A stretch of 64,000 nucleotides of DNA from an uncultured Desulfobacter sp. (lineage in GTDB: Bacteria > Desulfobacterota > Desulfobacteria > Desulfobacterales > Desulfobacteraceae). A model generated the notes under the pieces. The model was not told the origin of the DNA. It did not search any database and saw nothing but the letters and a program-made list of their open reading frames with translations. The DNA is taken from positions 2,016,001-2,080,000 of the forward strand of contig OY762069.1 in assembly GCA_963665095.1 (NCBI GenBank), given 5' to 3'. A program made the translations under genes and the position numbers. Of this stretch, positions 49,879 to 59,461 are shown piece by piece (positions within the stretch are counted from its first letter, which is position 1; every line of letters begins with the position of its first letter).

Positions 49879-52800
49879 TAGTTGTACCTCTCAAATAAAC
49901 CATCAAGTTTAGCCAGTATCTGGTCGTCCTCAAACGCCGTCAACTGGATGGCCTTGGCCGGACATTCAGCCACACAGATGCCGCAGCCGCGACACTTGGC
50001 CGGATCAATCTCGGAGTAACGGTCTGCGTTGATAAAGGGCACATCAAAAGGACAGGCCCTGACACAAATCAGACAGGTGGCGCACTTGGTCGGTTCAACC
50101 ACTGCGACCTGGGCGCCAAGGTTGATCTCTTTATTGGCCAGCATGGTCCTGGCCCTTCCGGCAACGGCCAACGCCTGGGTGACGTTTTCACGAATCACCT
50201 TGGGAGAGTGGGCGGTACCTGCCACAAAGAATCCACGCAGCGCCATGTCAACGGGTTTGAGTTTTACATGGTCTTCCAGGAAGAACCCGTCGTCGGTTTT
50301 GGGCAGGCAGAAGACGGAAGCAAGGTCCGCATTGGCAGCATTGGCAATAAAGCCCGTACTCAAAGCCACGCAGTCCGCTTCAATGTCCAGATCCTCACCC
50401 AGGATGAAATCATGGGTTCTGACAATGGTTTTGCCATCTTCCTCCCGGACAACCGGACGGTGATCCAGATCAAACCGGATAAATTTGACACCTTTTTCCC
50501 GGGCTTCTTTGTAAGAATCCTCCAGGAATCCGTAGGTCCTCATATCCCGATACAGGACAAACACCTGCATGTCGGGATTGATGGAAAGAAGGCGTAAGGC
50601 ATTTTTAACAGCGGCCTGACAGCAGATCCGTGAGCAGTTGGGGTTGTCCCCTTCACGGGAGCCGGCGCACTGAATCATGACCACCTGGTCCATGGCTTTG
50701 ATTTTTGCTTCGTCTGTATCCATGACCGCATCAAGATCAAGCTGGGTGACGACCTTGTCAAGTTCGCCAAGCCCATAGACAGCCGGACGGTTGGGCAGCG
50801 CACCCGTGGCAAGGATGGTGACCCCGTGGTCAACCTTTTCCACGGTTTCACCGGTTTTAATCTCAGTGCTGAAACGTCCCGGCACACCGCTGTGGCCGGC
50901 AACAACAGAGTTGGTCATCACTTTGATCTTTTCGTGACCGGATACTTTTGCAACAAGATCAGCCATATAGGCTTTTACATCATCACCTTCAATGGTTTTG
51001 GAAAGGTTATTGGCGACACCGCCAAGAACAGCCGCTTTTTCCACCAGACAGGTGGCAATCCCCTGGTCTGCCATTTCAAGCGCAGCCGTCATACCGGTAA
51101 CGCCACCCCCTACAACCAGGGCATCCTGGCTTGTGGGAAGCATGTTTTCAACCAGGGCTTTTGCTTTTCTGACGCCTGAGATACCCACCTGAACCAGCTT
51201 GAACGCTTTTTCAAGGGCTTTGGCAGGCGCGTCTGCGTGGGCCCAGGCATTCTGGTCTCTTAAATTCACCATTTCAAGCAGGTAGGGGTTAAGGCCTGCG
51301 CGCCTGAGCATATCCTGGAACATAACTTCCTGAACCCGTGGGGAACCGGAACCGATAACCACCCGGTTCAATTTCTGGTCTTTGATCAGACTTTCAATCT
51401 TTTCCATGGACTCAAAGGAGCAGCTTAAGTTAAACGCCTGGGCCACAGCGACATCAGGATTGGTTTTGGCATTTTCCAGAACTTTATCAACGTCCAGGGC
51501 CTGGCCAATCTCGCCGTCACAGTCAACCACAAAGAAACCAATTTTGGGATCTTCGCCTTCAACATCTCTTGGGGGCGGATAGGCTAATGCTTCATCAGTC
51601 CATTCGGCACTTTCAACAGCCGCACCAGCCATGGAAGCGGCCGCTGACGCCTGGACCATGGTCTCAGGAATATCTTTGGGGCTTTCAAAAACACCGCAGA
51701 CGTAGACACCGTCCTTGGAGGTCAGCACAGGATTCATGGTGCCGGATTTGGCAAAGTTGTGTTCGTTAAGATCAATGCCAAGGGTTCCGGCAAGCTCAAT
51801 TGTTTTCTGAGTAGGCCTGAACCCTGTGGAGAGGACCACCATGTCAAAGCTTTCATTTTCCATCAGGGAAGTATCTTCCTTGGCATAGGTAATGGCCAGG
51901 CTCTTGTCCGGCAGCTCTGTGATGGTATGCGGTTTACAGCGGACAAGCCGGATACCGAAATCTTCTTTGGCACGGTTGTAATAGCGCTCGTAGTCCTTGC
52001 CGAATGTCCTCATATCCATGTAGAAAACAGTTGTTTCAATGTCATCACCAAACCGCTCTTTGGTGACCATGGCCTCTTTCAGCGCATACATGCAGCAGAC
52101 GCTGGAGCAATAAGAGACATCGCACTTATTGATCCCCCTGGAACCTACACACTGGATCCAGGCCACTTTTTTGGGCTTCTGCTGGTCGGAAGGCTTGACA
52201 AGGTTGCCCTGAAACGGTCCAGAAGCAGACATGATCCGTTCGTATTCAAGCCCGGACATCACATTGTCAAACTTGCCGCCGCCGAAATTGTCCAGTGCAC
52301 TGTAATCAAACAGCTCAGCCCCCACACTTAAGACAACAGAACCGACAGTCACCGCAACTTCCTCTTCCTTGTCGTCTGGTACGATGGCACCGGCTTTACA
52401 GACAGCCTTAAGGGCTTCCACATCTTCAACCTTGTCCATATCAATGGAGTAGGCATAGGGTGTGGCCTGGGGATACCGCATACAGGTCGGAGCTCGTGGG
52501 TCCAGACCCGGTGTAAACCGTACGGCATCAGGAAATTTTTTCAGACATTCACCGCAGGCGGTACATTTATCAATGTCGATGTACCTGGGTGCGGTTTTCA
52601 ATGTGGCCGTAAAATTACCGGCCTCTCCGGACAGGCTTTTGAGCTCTGTCATTGGGCTGACCTGAAGAAACTTTTCCCTGGCCGATGCGGATAAATGCGG
52701 AGAAACTGTACACAAATCACAATTGTTGGTTGGAAAAGTGCGGTCTAACTGGGTCATTAATCCGCCGATGGCATAATCGGAATCAACAAGCAGAACCTTT

Positions 52801-52895
52801 TTCCGGGATTCGGAAAGGTCCAAGGCCGCCTTGATACCGCCCATGCCACCGCCAATGACGAGCACGCGTTTTTCGTCTTGTTTAATTTTTTGCAT
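49878..52895 (-). CDS. hdrA: Large HdrA-family flavoprotein with two FAD-binding modules
   Basis: Two GxGxxG motifs, LDRTFPTNNC, CVGSR..CSSVCC, CAGSR..CSRICC, C-terminal 2x[4Fe-4S]. Confidence 0.92.
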   Translation of the reverse strand: MQKIKQDEKRVLVIGGGMGGIKAALDLSESRKKVLLVDSDYAIGGLMTQLDRTFPTNNCDLCTVSPHLSASAREKFLQVSPMTELKSLSGEAGNFTATLKTAPRYIDIDKCTACGECLKKFPDAVRFTPGLDPRAPTCMRYPQATPYAYSIDMDKVEDVEALKAVCKAGAIVPDDKEEEVAVTVGSVVLSVGAELFDYSALDNFGGGKFDNVMSGLEYERIMSASGPFQGNLVKPSDQQKPKKVAWIQCVGSRGINKCDVSYCSSVCCMYALKEAMVTKERFGDDIETTVFYMDMRTFGKDYERYYNRAKEDFGIRLVRCKPHTITELPDKSLAITYAKEDTSLMENESFDMVVLSTGFRPTQKTIELAGTLGIDLNEHNFAKSGTMNPVLTSKDGVYVCGVFESPKDIPETMVQASAAASMAGAAVESAEWTDEALAYPPPRDVEGEDPKIGFFVVDCDGEIGQALDVDKVLENAKTNPDVAVAQAFNLSCSFESMEKIESLIKDQKLNRVVIGSGSPRVQEVMFQDMLRRAGLNPYLLEMVNLRDQNAWAHADAPAKALEKAFKLVQVGISGVRKAKALVENMLPTSQDALVVGGGVTGMTAALEMADQGIATCLVEKAAVLGGVANNLSKTIEGDDVKAYMADLVAKVSGHEKIKVMTNSVVAGHSGVPGRFSTEIKTGETVEKVDHGVTILATGALPNRPAVYGLGELDKVVTQLDLDAVMDTDEAKIKAMDQVVMIQCAGSREGDNPNCSRICCQAAVKNALRLLSINPDMQVFVLYRDMRTYGFLEDSYKEAREKGVKFIRFDLDHRPVVREEDGKTIVRTHDFILGEDLDIEADCVALSTGFIANAANADLASVFCLPKTDDGFFLEDHVKLKPVDMALRGFFVAGTAHSPKVIRENVTQALAVAGRARTMLANKEINLGAQVAVVEPTKCATCLICVRACPFDVPFINADRYSEIDPAKCRGCGICVAECPAKAIQLTAFEDDQILAKLDGLFERYN

Positions 52896-53734
52896 GTGTA
52901 ACCTTAACGTTTATCAGTTATTATCCATTTGTATCCATCTTCTGCACATACGCCTGTGGCTCAAATGCAGGCAATGAATGCTTTATTGCCAAAAATTCTA
53001 ATTAATATTTGGCTGTCTGAACCGGCAGCCTTTTCTAAGTTCCGAAGCTAAGATCCATGCACCGGAACATTGATGTAAAATGAAAACAGCTTTAACGTAC
53101 CCTTTTTATTATCAGGTATGGATAATTTATCAGATACAGGTAACGTGCATGATTGATAGATATTTTTTGAAGGACTGATGTACGGCGGAACAGTGGAACC
53201 ACAAAATACAGATGCGGTCTGAAAACTCATGTTCAATACCCCCCCCCTCTTATTTTATGCTGCTCGGGTAGGCCCCAAGTCTGGTATTGAGCAGCTGAAA
53301 TTAAGCCCCCTCAAGGCACAGTGAAACTGCCATCTACCAAATAAGTTGTTCACCGACTGTTCTATAGCAAATAAAATATCACATGTAAAATGATTCCTTT
53401 TTCAAGGCAAAGAACCTTGACTGGCGAATATTTCACAGAGTTTCAAACCCCAATTTTACAAAAATAAAAGCAGATACTTTTAAAATATTGATATTCAGAT
53501 GATGAAGAGAACTTTTTTGATTTAAAACGACGAGGCAACGAACAATGGGCTAAATATATAGGGTATAAAATTTGTGCCCCAGCATTGGAAATTACTATGA
53601 GATTTACAATATTTTTTTTGGGACCTGATCCATTTCAATACCAAAGGCAGGTGTATGGGGTAAAAGTGATTGAAATGAACAGGTCCCAAAGACGAACAAC
53701 AGGTGTAGATGGGGGGAGGAACCTGTCGCAGATG

Positions 53735-54088
53735 TCAGCAAAAACAGGCGCCGTTTTTTACGCACTGTTTTTTTTCGACATGACAAGGCGGTACATTAAC
53801 CGGCTTATAAGCCGGTCTCTTTTTAAATTCATTATCTGGATCCAAATGCGGTAAAAGCCGACCAAGCAGGACACTGGCCCCAAAAAACAAAGCCCCGCCG
53901 ATGATATTCAGATACGGCATAAGGGGTCCGTCACTTCCGGCAAAAAGCAATCCAGCCCCCCAGACCAGCACAAGAATAGTGATTTTAATCCTATTGACAC
54001 ATAAATTTTCGGATGTTTTTACGGCCATACTGCCCTTCCCCTTATCTATCGTGCTGTACAAATGATCTGACAAAACCAGTCGTTGCAT
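53735..54088 (-). CDS. Small membrane protein, two predicted TM helices
   Basis: AGGTGA RBS; hydrophobic segments flank LLFAGSDG; downstream of the S24 repressor. Confidence 0.6.
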   Translation of the reverse strand: MQRLVLSDHLYSTIDKGKGSMAVKTSENLCVNRIKITILVLVWGAGLLFAGSDGPLMPYLNIIGGALFFGASVLLGRLLPHLDPDNEFKKRPAYKPVNVPPCHVEKKQCVKNGACFC

Positions 54089-54122
54089 AATTCACCTTTT
54101 ATAGTTGTTATTTATCAATTAT

Positions 54123-54140
54123 TGTTGAAAAAAATAAACA
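54123..54140. promoter_or_regulatory. Putative operator TGTTTA-N7-CAACA, copy 2
   Basis: TGTTGAAAAAAATAAACA; its reverse complement matches 54853-54870. Confidence 0.55.
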
Positions 54141-54156
54141 TATATGCAAAAAAAAT

Positions 54157-54819
54157 TTACCGGTATTCCCGGCAGCTCCAAATCACCCGGCCAAGCACCC
54201 TGACCTTTTCAAGCGCATCGACATCAAGATGAATGGGGGAGAAATCCTTGTTGTCACTGCAGAGAACCAATGCATTCGGATGTTTTTCAAGTCGTTTGAC
54301 AAGAATAGTATCATCCACACCCACAGCATATATGGCACCAGCCATGATACGTGTCTGGGACTGGTCAATCAGGACGGTATCCCCTTCCCGAATCAACGGC
54401 TCCATACTCTGCCCAAATACTTCCATGGCGACCATGGCAGCAGCGGATCCTTTAAGGGCCAGCCATGACGCAGGAAAAGAGAGGTAATCCGAAACCTCTT
54501 CACCACATTCAAAAGACCCTGTACCCGCAGAAAGACGGGCTGCCACTTTGGGGATCTGCCTGAATCGGTTAACATCATTGTCGCAGGAAAGCTTTTGATC
54601 ATAGAAAACCGGACCTTTACCTGTATCCACCCATTCAGGGTTTACCCGGAACCGCCTGAACAATTTGATGATCCAGTTGTCAGGGATACGATTCTTGTTC
54701 CTGGCATGGGTGATGCCTGAACGGTTGATGCCAAGTTCCTTTGCCAGCTCCGCCTGACAGGAGATCCCCGTAGCATCCATGAGCCTGTAAATAAGCTGGT
54801 CAACCTTGTTTTCTGTCAT
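54157..54819 (-). CDS. Phage CI/LexA-like repressor: HTH plus S24 autopeptidase
   Basis: QAELAKELGINRSGIT HTH; Ala-Gly site LSAGTG; catalytic GQSMEP and LVKRL. Confidence 0.92.
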   Translation of the reverse strand: MTENKVDQLIYRLMDATGISCQAELAKELGINRSGITHARNKNRIPDNWIIKLFRRFRVNPEWVDTGKGPVFYDQKLSCDNDVNRFRQIPKVAARLSAGTGSFECGEEVSDYLSFPASWLALKGSAAAMVAMEVFGQSMEPLIREGDTVLIDQSQTRIMAGAIYAVGVDDTILVKRLEKHPNALVLCSDNKDFSPIHLDVDALEKVRVLGRVIWSCREYR

Positions 54820-54852
54820 CTTTATCTCCTTTTATACACTTTATGTCAGCCT

Positions 54853-54870
54853 TGTTTATAAAATGCAACA
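54853..54870. promoter_or_regulatory. Putative operator TGTTTA-N7-CAACA, copy 1
   Basis: TGTTTATAAAATGCAACA, 33 nt upstream of the repressor start. Confidence 0.55.
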
Positions 54871-54957
54871 ACTTTTTTTTGAATTCTGTTTTCTAATGCG
54901 TTTAAATTAGGTTAAACTACGTGCCGTCCGTTTTAGATTAACCAGAGGATAGAGAAA

Positions 54958-56487
54958 ATGAACCCCAAACCTTATATATATATGATCAACGCGCCAGACA
55001 ACGCCATCAGCGATATAAAAAAATCCAGGCATTATAACCGGTTCAGTTTTATATCCATGTCCGGCAGCGAAGAAATTGACGTGATCGGCCTTTCCAGCGA
55101 CAGTGAAATCGCTGTGGTTTTTATTGATGATAACAATCAGGACTGCTTTGAAAAAATTGCCGCCATCGCCCGGGACATGGTAAATCTTGAGATCATCGCA
55201 GCCGTCGATCCTGCCGGATCTTCCGCAGGCCTTAATGCTCTGAGAAGCTGGGCATCGGATTTCATGATGCTGCCGGCCAGCGCCAGGATACTGGATTTTT
55301 ACATCAACCGGGCATTGGAACGTATATACCTGCACAGTCATCTGTGTTTCAATGAAAGCTGTTATAAAAGCCGTTATGCCCGTTCACAGCAGAACTACCA
55401 GCAACTGTTCAATGAAGTACCCTGCTTTGTTTTTGTCCAGGACGGAGATTACCACATTGTCGAGGCCAACCGGAAATTTGAAGAATATTTCGGCCATCAG
55501 ATCGGCGAATACTGCTTTGGCATCATGAAAAACAGGGATGAACCCTGCCGGGATTGTCCGGTGTGCAAGACCATCACTGACGCTGTCAGTCAAAGCTGTG
55601 AAATGGAGATCATCTCTTCGGACGGTGTCAAGCATGTGGTGTTGTGCTATACCGCGCCGTTACAGAACAGACACGGCCAGATCACCAAAGCCCTTGTGGT
55701 ACTTATGGATATTACTGAAGCCAGACTTCTTGAGGACCATTTGACTTCGCTTGGATTTATGATCGGCTCCATTTCCCATGGTATCAAGGGCCTGTTAACC
55801 AATCTGGACGGCGGTCTGTATCTGATGGAGTCCGGATTAAACAGCGACCGGATGGAAAAGGTGAAACAGGGTTTTGAACTGACCAAAGATATGACTTCGC
55901 GAATCAAAAAGCTGGTCTTGGACATCCTCTACTATACCAAAACACGCACCCTTGAATGGGAGACTGTTCCCTGCAGAAAATTTATGGAAGAGACCTTTTC
56001 CCTGGTGAAAATGAAAGCCAGGAAAAGCAATATTCAGATGGATTTCAATTTTGAGTCGGCAACCCAAAATGACAACGTCGCCATTGACAAAAACAGCCTT
56101 CAAACCGCTTTGGTCAATATTCTCGAAAACGGCATAGAGGCCTGTACAGATGACACCCAGATTTCAGAAAAAGTCCACACAATATCTTTTCATATCAGGG
56201 TGGACAAAGATAAGGTAACGATAAGAATTCAGGATAACGGACACGGCATGGACAATGCCACTTTGAAAAATATTTTCACCATATTCTTTTCATCAAAGGG
56301 GAATAAAGGCACCGGCTTAGGCCTGTTCATCGCCAACAAGGTCATAGGCCAGCACAGAGGTGAAATCAAGGTGATGTCAACCATTGATAAAGGCACCAAG
56401 TTCATTATTAAAATACCCAGGGTTGCCCCCATTGCTGCCCGGCAGATCAAAAAAAACGTGCCGGATATTGCCATGACAGGCCGCTAA
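54958..56487 (+). CDS. Sensor histidine kinase (degenerate REC, Cys-rich PAS, HisKA/HATPase)
   Basis: H-box SISHGIKG, NILENGIEA, DNGHGM, FFSSK, GTGLGL. Confidence 0.92.
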   Translation: MNPKPYIYMINAPDNAISDIKKSRHYNRFSFISMSGSEEIDVIGLSSDSEIAVVFIDDNNQDCFEKIAAIARDMVNLEIIAAVDPAGSSAGLNALRSWASDFMMLPASARILDFYINRALERIYLHSHLCFNESCYKSRYARSQQNYQQLFNEVPCFVFVQDGDYHIVEANRKFEEYFGHQIGEYCFGIMKNRDEPCRDCPVCKTITDAVSQSCEMEIISSDGVKHVVLCYTAPLQNRHGQITKALVVLMDITEARLLEDHLTSLGFMIGSISHGIKGLLTNLDGGLYLMESGLNSDRMEKVKQGFELTKDMTSRIKKLVLDILYYTKTRTLEWETVPCRKFMEETFSLVKMKARKSNIQMDFNFESATQNDNVAIDKNSLQTALVNILENGIEACTDDTQISEKVHTISFHIRVDKDKVTIRIQDNGHGMDNATLKNIFTIFFSSKGNKGTGLGLFIANKVIGQHRGEIKVMSTIDKGTKFIIKIPRVAPIAARQIKKNVPDIAMTGR

Positions 56488-56728
56488 CTGTATAGCGCCT
56501 TGATATGTGCCTTATCCTGCCACGGTGCATCTGTGTCATGATACAGATGTGTCAGAGTATAGGCCACCGTTGTCTGCACCCGGGAAAACTGGCCTTCATC
56601 AAGTTCCCGGGGCACATAAATGGGGGTGCCAAACCGGATAATTACCCGGGAGAAGGGCTTGGAAATCATACATCGGTCCCAGGAGTTCAACTGCCACCGG
56701 TGACGGCCTGAGGAGGCTGACGGACAAA
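56484..56728 (-). pseudogene. C-terminal remnant of a DUF374/lysophospholipid-acyltransferase-family gene
   Basis: RWQLNSWDRCMISKPFSRVIIRFGTPI resembles the family C-terminus; the N-terminal region is absent and the RDD gene lies immediately upstream. Confidence 0.65.
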
Positions 56729-56731
56729 GGA

Positions 56732-57151
56732 TTAGTTGCGGATCACCAGGGTATGGGCCAGCTTGTCATGCCAGCCCTGCTTTCTCTGGTCAACGCCCAC
56801 CCAGATTATCCCGGCAAACAAAGGCAGTATAGAGATATAATATCCAAAATACCGGATAATAAACTGGGCAACAGAAGGCGGCTCCCCAGTCCTCTCGTCC
56901 ACAATGGTCATCCCCAGCATTATTTTCCCCGGAGTGGCGGATTTGTATATCCAGAAAAGAATCACCGCTGCCACCGGAGCAAGGTAATTTACAATCAGCC
57001 CGACCACGCCTGCAACGACAGGGGCTTTGAAGACCCCTCCCAGCCCGCTTACGGCAAAGACAACAGGCCCTAACACCAATACAATGAGTAAAGAATCAAT
57101 AAGAGCGGCAAGGGTCCGAATCCAAAATCCTGCATAGCTGAGATCCTGCAT
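56732..57151 (-). CDS. RDD family membrane protein
   Basis: YAGFWIRTLAALID, ATPGK, KQGWHDKLA. Confidence 0.93.
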   Translation of the reverse strand: MQDLSYAGFWIRTLAALIDSLLIVLVLGPVVFAVSGLGGVFKAPVVAGVVGLIVNYLAPVAAVILFWIYKSATPGKIMLGMTIVDERTGEPPSVAQFIIRYFGYYISILPLFAGIIWVGVDQRKQGWHDKLAHTLVIRN

Positions 57152-57555
57152 TATCCTTTCTCCTTTTACATTGATAGGTAGCCGTTGTCAGGCAACAGGA
57201 GTGAAACATGTACGGTTCAAAGAATTAGAAGAAAGGTTACCATAAACCATATCTGAAAAAAAGAGATTCATTGAATCACGTATATAAAGAAAGCAGTATA
57301 CCATCGGGTTGAATGGATTCTACCTTCTTCCCCGTTCTTATCCCCATCGTTACCATAACGCACTGGCGCCACTAAAGGTAACGCATAAAACCGATACAAA
57401 AAACCTTAACTATCTATTATTAAAATTATTAAATAAGGAAATGGTCTGGTAACGATATATTTTTAACAATCTCACTTCGATTCTGAATTAAAAAAATAGA
57501 TATATCTTTAAAACCAGCAAATTAGAACAAACAAAGCCGTCACAATTTCATAGCA

Positions 57556-57571
57556 TGGCATGAATTTTGAT
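57556..57571 (+). promoter_or_regulatory. Putative sigma54 promoter
   Basis: TGGCATG-AATT-TTGAT (-24 GG, variant -12), about 75 nt upstream of 57645; IHF-like AACCAG-N4-TTA near 57512. Confidence 0.55.
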
Positions 57572-57644
57572 AAGCTTCATGACAGATGGGTTTTAAATTG
57601 TAAAAATAAATTAAAAACAGGGCGTTTATTTAAAGGATAATTTT

Positions 57645-59183
57645 ATGATGTGGAAACTGCTGCAGAAAATGAGCAAAAATCTGACTCTGGCGATCCCGGC
57701 AATGATGCTGGCCGGCTTTCTATTTGGTGTTTTTATTGATGCTGCCTTTTTGAAAACTCTGATCGTTCCATTCACCTTTCTCATGGTATATCCCATGATG
57801 GTGACCCTGAATATACAAAAAGTTTTTGAAGGCGGGGATGTCAAAGCCCAGGTGCTGACCCAGGTGATCAATTTTGGTGTGGTGCCCTTCTTAGCCTATG
57901 CTGCGGGGTTGATATTTTTCAAAAATCAGCCATATATGGCGTTAGGCCTGCTGTTAGCCGGTCTTGTGCCGACCTCGGGCATGACCATCTCCTGGACAGG
58001 GTTTGCCAGGGGGAACCTGGCCGCAGCCGTCAAAATGACGGTCATCGGCCTGACATTAGGTTCCATTGCCACCCCCGTATATGTCCGGTTACTGATGGGT
58101 ACCAGTATCGAAATTGATATGGCCGGCATTTTCAAACAGATCGTTGTCATTGTTTTTATTCCCATGGCAGCCGGCTATGTTACCCGCAGGTACCTGGTTA
58201 AAAAACATGGGGAAAAAGGATTCAAAGCGTCAGTGGCCCCCAAATTTCCGCCACTTTCCACCCTGGGAGTTGTGGGCATCGTGTTCATAGCCATGGCCCT
58301 TAAAGCCCGCGCCATTGCAGCAGCCCCGGGCATGCTGCTCTATATTCTCATCCCGCTGGTCATCATATACGGATTTAACTTTACCTTCAGCAGTCTTGTC
58401 GGGAAATGGCTGTTGCCCCGGGGGGATGCCATTGCCCTTGTTTACGGCTCAGTGATGCGCAATTTATCCATAGCACTTGCCATTGCCATTAATGCGTTTG
58501 GGAAACAAGGCGCGTCGGCTGCCCTGGTGGTGGCAGTGGCTTATATCATCCAGGTCCAGTCAGCAGCCTGGTACGTGAAACTGACAGATAAAATCTTTGG
58601 TCCTGCACCTGCGGATGAAAAACAGACACCTGCGGAAACGGCAGCAAAGCAGGCTGTTCCGGTACCCGAAACCAACCAAGAGACCGAGGGCTCAATGGTG
58701 GCAGATATCCGCAAAATTCTTTTTGCCACGGACATCACCCCTGCAGCTAAATTTGCAGCACGATATGCCTGTGCCATTGGAAACAAATTCAATGCCAAAG
58801 TTTGGGCAGTTCATGTGGTGCCGGATCTGCTGGCCGAATATTCAGCCGGAGCCGGCTTTACCATGAAAGACCCTGTCCGGCAGGAAGAGTTCAACCGGGA
58901 TGCCGTTGAAAATGCAGAACAGGTCCTGAAAGAACGGATTCGCACCACTTCGGAAAAGGTGGTCCAGGAAATTGAATTCTGCCCGTTGTCAAAAGACCGT
59001 ATTTTTGTCAAAACAGGGGACCCTGTTGAGCAGATAATTAAAACCGCTGAACAGGGTGATTTTGACCTGATCATCATGGGAACCCATGGCGATCAGGGGA
59101 TAGAGGATATCCTGCTCGGGAGCACGGCCCAGGGCGTTATACATGCCTCAAAAATTCCGGTGCTTGTGGCCCGGCCAGCCTGA
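57645..59183 (+). CDS. ACR3/bile-acid:Na+ symporter-family transporter fused to a universal stress protein domain
   Basis: MVYPMM, PTSGMTISWTG..GN, RNLSIALA; C-terminal KILFATD...DLIIMGTHG..LLGSTA...PVLV. Confidence 0.9.
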   Translation: MMWKLLQKMSKNLTLAIPAMMLAGFLFGVFIDAAFLKTLIVPFTFLMVYPMMVTLNIQKVFEGGDVKAQVLTQVINFGVVPFLAYAAGLIFFKNQPYMALGLLLAGLVPTSGMTISWTGFARGNLAAAVKMTVIGLTLGSIATPVYVRLLMGTSIEIDMAGIFKQIVVIVFIPMAAGYVTRRYLVKKHGEKGFKASVAPKFPPLSTLGVVGIVFIAMALKARAIAAAPGMLLYILIPLVIIYGFNFTFSSLVGKWLLPRGDAIALVYGSVMRNLSIALAIAINAFGKQGASAALVVAVAYIIQVQSAAWYVKLTDKIFGPAPADEKQTPAETAAKQAVPVPETNQETEGSMVADIRKILFATDITPAAKFAARYACAIGNKFNAKVWAVHVVPDLLAEYSAGAGFTMKDPVRQEEFNRDAVENAEQVLKERIRTTSEKVVQEIEFCPLSKDRIFVKTGDPVEQIIKTAEQGDFDLIIMGTHGDQGIEDILLGSTAQGVIHASKIPVLVARPA

Positions 59184-59210
59184 GGCATTATTTATTAAGC
59201 GTTATAACAC

Positions 59211-59252
59211 GTCGTTTTCCTGCATTTTCTTAAAAAAATACGGGAAAACGAC
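59211..59252 (+). terminator. Hairpin downstream of the transporter gene
   Basis: GTCGTTTTCC/GGAAAACGAC stem. Confidence 0.6.
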
Positions 59253-59379
59253 CTGCATCTTCTTGCAACACACCTGAAAATGGCCATAACAAGGCAGTTT
59301 CATCGCAACTGCAGGCGACGAAATACAATGCTCACTACCTGATAGAATAATCGTAACCACAGGAAATGCAGATGTTTTG

Positions 59380-59409
59380 TTGACAAGCTTCCATAAGCTG
59401 AGCTATGAT
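59380..59409 (+). promoter_or_regulatory. Putative sigma70 promoter of the ParA-like gene
   Basis: TTGACA-N18-TATGAT. Confidence 0.6.
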
Positions 59410-59461
59410 TCCTTATACATTTTCTCTTCCAATAAATTAAACGCTGCAAAATGGTATCATC

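Noticed and set aside
49450..52895. Selenocysteine recoding in hdrA/mvhD
   Set aside because: Both ORFs are continuous with no in-frame TGA.
53172..53435. ZTP/pfl riboswitch-like fragments (GGCGGAA..GTGGAACCAC; GACTGGCGAA) near the metF operon
   Set aside because: They are on the wrong strand for hdrA, the pieces are far apart, and the GGAG and GCCTGGG elements are missing. I also saw no SAM, THF or cobalamin riboswitch cores.
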